Of a stretch of DNA of 64,000 bases, positions 63,501 through 64,000 are shown piece after piece. Location: assembly GCA_047630175.1 (NCBI GenBank), contig JBLHVI010000007.1, positions 253-64,252 of the forward strand, given 5' to 3'. This DNA comes from Candidatus Azotimanducaceae bacterium. GTDB taxonomy: Bacteria; Pseudomonadota; Gammaproteobacteria; Pseudomonadales; Azotimanducaceae. Within the stretch, counting starts at the first letter, position 1. Every line of letters begins with the position of its first letter. Both the position numbers and the translations under genes were made by a program. The notes under the pieces were generated by a model. The model saw only the letters and a program-made list of their open reading frames with translations. It did not search any database and was not told where the DNA came from.

Positions 63501-63689
63501 ATGAAAGTAAAAATTTTTCGGCAAAGAGTTTCACAGGTTCACGAGAGCGAAGTTGAAATCAATCACTGGCTTGAAGAGAACCGCGAGACACTGCAGATAT
63601 CGCATATCCAACAGTCCTCCTATATGACCGATAACTCTGAAAATGCACAACCAAGCTTCCTTATTTCTGTCTGGTACAACGAACTTTAG
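63501..63689 (+). CDS. Small hypothetical protein (62 aa), possibly Cse60-like
   Basis: The ATG at 63501 is preceded by GGAG 7 nt upstream. MKVKIFRQ...EVEINHWLEEN...ISHIQQSS...FLISVWYNE resembles, from memory, the small Cse60-type family. There is no other support. Confidence 0.5.
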   Translation: MKVKIFRQRVSQVHESEVEINHWLEENRETLQISHIQQSSYMTDNSENAQPSFLISVWYNEL

Positions 63690-63711
63690 GCGAGCAACGC
63701 GAAAAGCACAC

Positions 63712-64000
63712 TTAAGATAGATCAACCCACGCCCCTCGACTCATCACAGCAACGGGCGCTGCCAGCTGCGCAAGATCAAGCAAAGGATTATGTTGATAAA
63801 ATACAAGGTCAGCACAAAAGCCGGGCTTTACTTGACCAACAACCTGAGACAACCCGAGAGCACGGGCACAATCGCTTGTTGCCGATCTGAGTGCCTGCAC
63901 GGGATCAAGCCCCGCAAAATGTGCAAAAACCGGCAAGGCGATGGGCAAATGATGGTGATAGATACCGGGGATACCAGCATCTGTAGATGCAATGAGCTGC
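63712..64000 (-). CDS. Amidohydrolase-family protein, C-terminal fragment (the start lies beyond the right window edge)
   Basis: The frame is open to the window edge. The translation ...QLIASTDAGIPGIYHHHLPIALPVFAHFAGLDPVQALRSATSDCARALGL...VKPGFCADLVFY... matches the C-terminal metal-binding Asp region and tail of metallo-dependent amidohydrolases. Confidence 0.7.
   Translation of the reverse strand, partial: QLIASTDAGIPGIYHHHLPIALPVFAHFAGLDPVQALRSATSDCARALGLSQVVGQVKPGFCADLVFYQHNPLLDLAQLAAPVAVMSRGAWVDLS

Overview
This window is a dense stretch of housekeeping genes from a mid-GC gammaproteobacterial chromosome. I call about 65 protein genes, one RNase P RNA, one terminator and three promoter or operator elements.

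Gene order, left to right:
- pilC(3' end)-pilD-coaE-yacG
- On the minus strand: argJ, secA, an M23 peptidase, a divergent DUF721/DciA-like gene, lpxC, and a dcw division/cell-wall cluster (ftsZ-ftsA-ftsQ-murC-ftsW-murD-murE-ftsI-ftsL-rsmH-mraZ)
- rnpB, rsmI, and the divergent lpoA-yraN-BON lipoprotein
- sspBA, cytochrome bc1 (petABC), rpsI-rplM, zapE
- hisDG, murA, ibaG, mlaBCDEF
- The divergent lptCAB-rpoN-hpf-ptsN-rapZ-ptsO, then mgtE and yjgA
- On the minus strand: yhdP-rng-maf-mreDCB
- gatCAB
- A short accessory-looking tail: a DUF1499 membrane protein, a Tat-signal M15/VanY-like peptidase, an SDR, a small ORF and an amidohydrolase fragment

From memory, this order closely follows the Pseudomonas-type argJ...gatB chromosomal region, but many genes have dropped out.

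I found no tRNA or rRNA genes, CRISPR arrays, IS elements or transposases, integrases, prophage genes or recognisable defence genes. I do not see a convincing novel multi-gene system.

The most unusual points are:
1. The dcw cluster lacks murF, mraY, murG and ddl. These encode four consecutive steps of lipid II synthesis, and the remaining genes are joined by tight, translationally coupled junctions.
2. kdsD-kdsC is absent from the mlaF/lptC divergent junction, which is instead a 477-bp non-coding spacer.
3. About 270 bp upstream of mraZ there is a near-consensus sigma70 promoter followed by three GTGGG-type pentamers with 10-bp periodicity, a candidate MraZ operator.
4. The long rnpB-mraZ spacer contains a perfect 12-bp inverted repeat.
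5. The conserved N-terminus of MreC appears reachable only from a non-canonical ATA start.

All coordinates and motifs were read directly from the sequence. Family assignments rest on recognised motifs and synteny, not on database searches.
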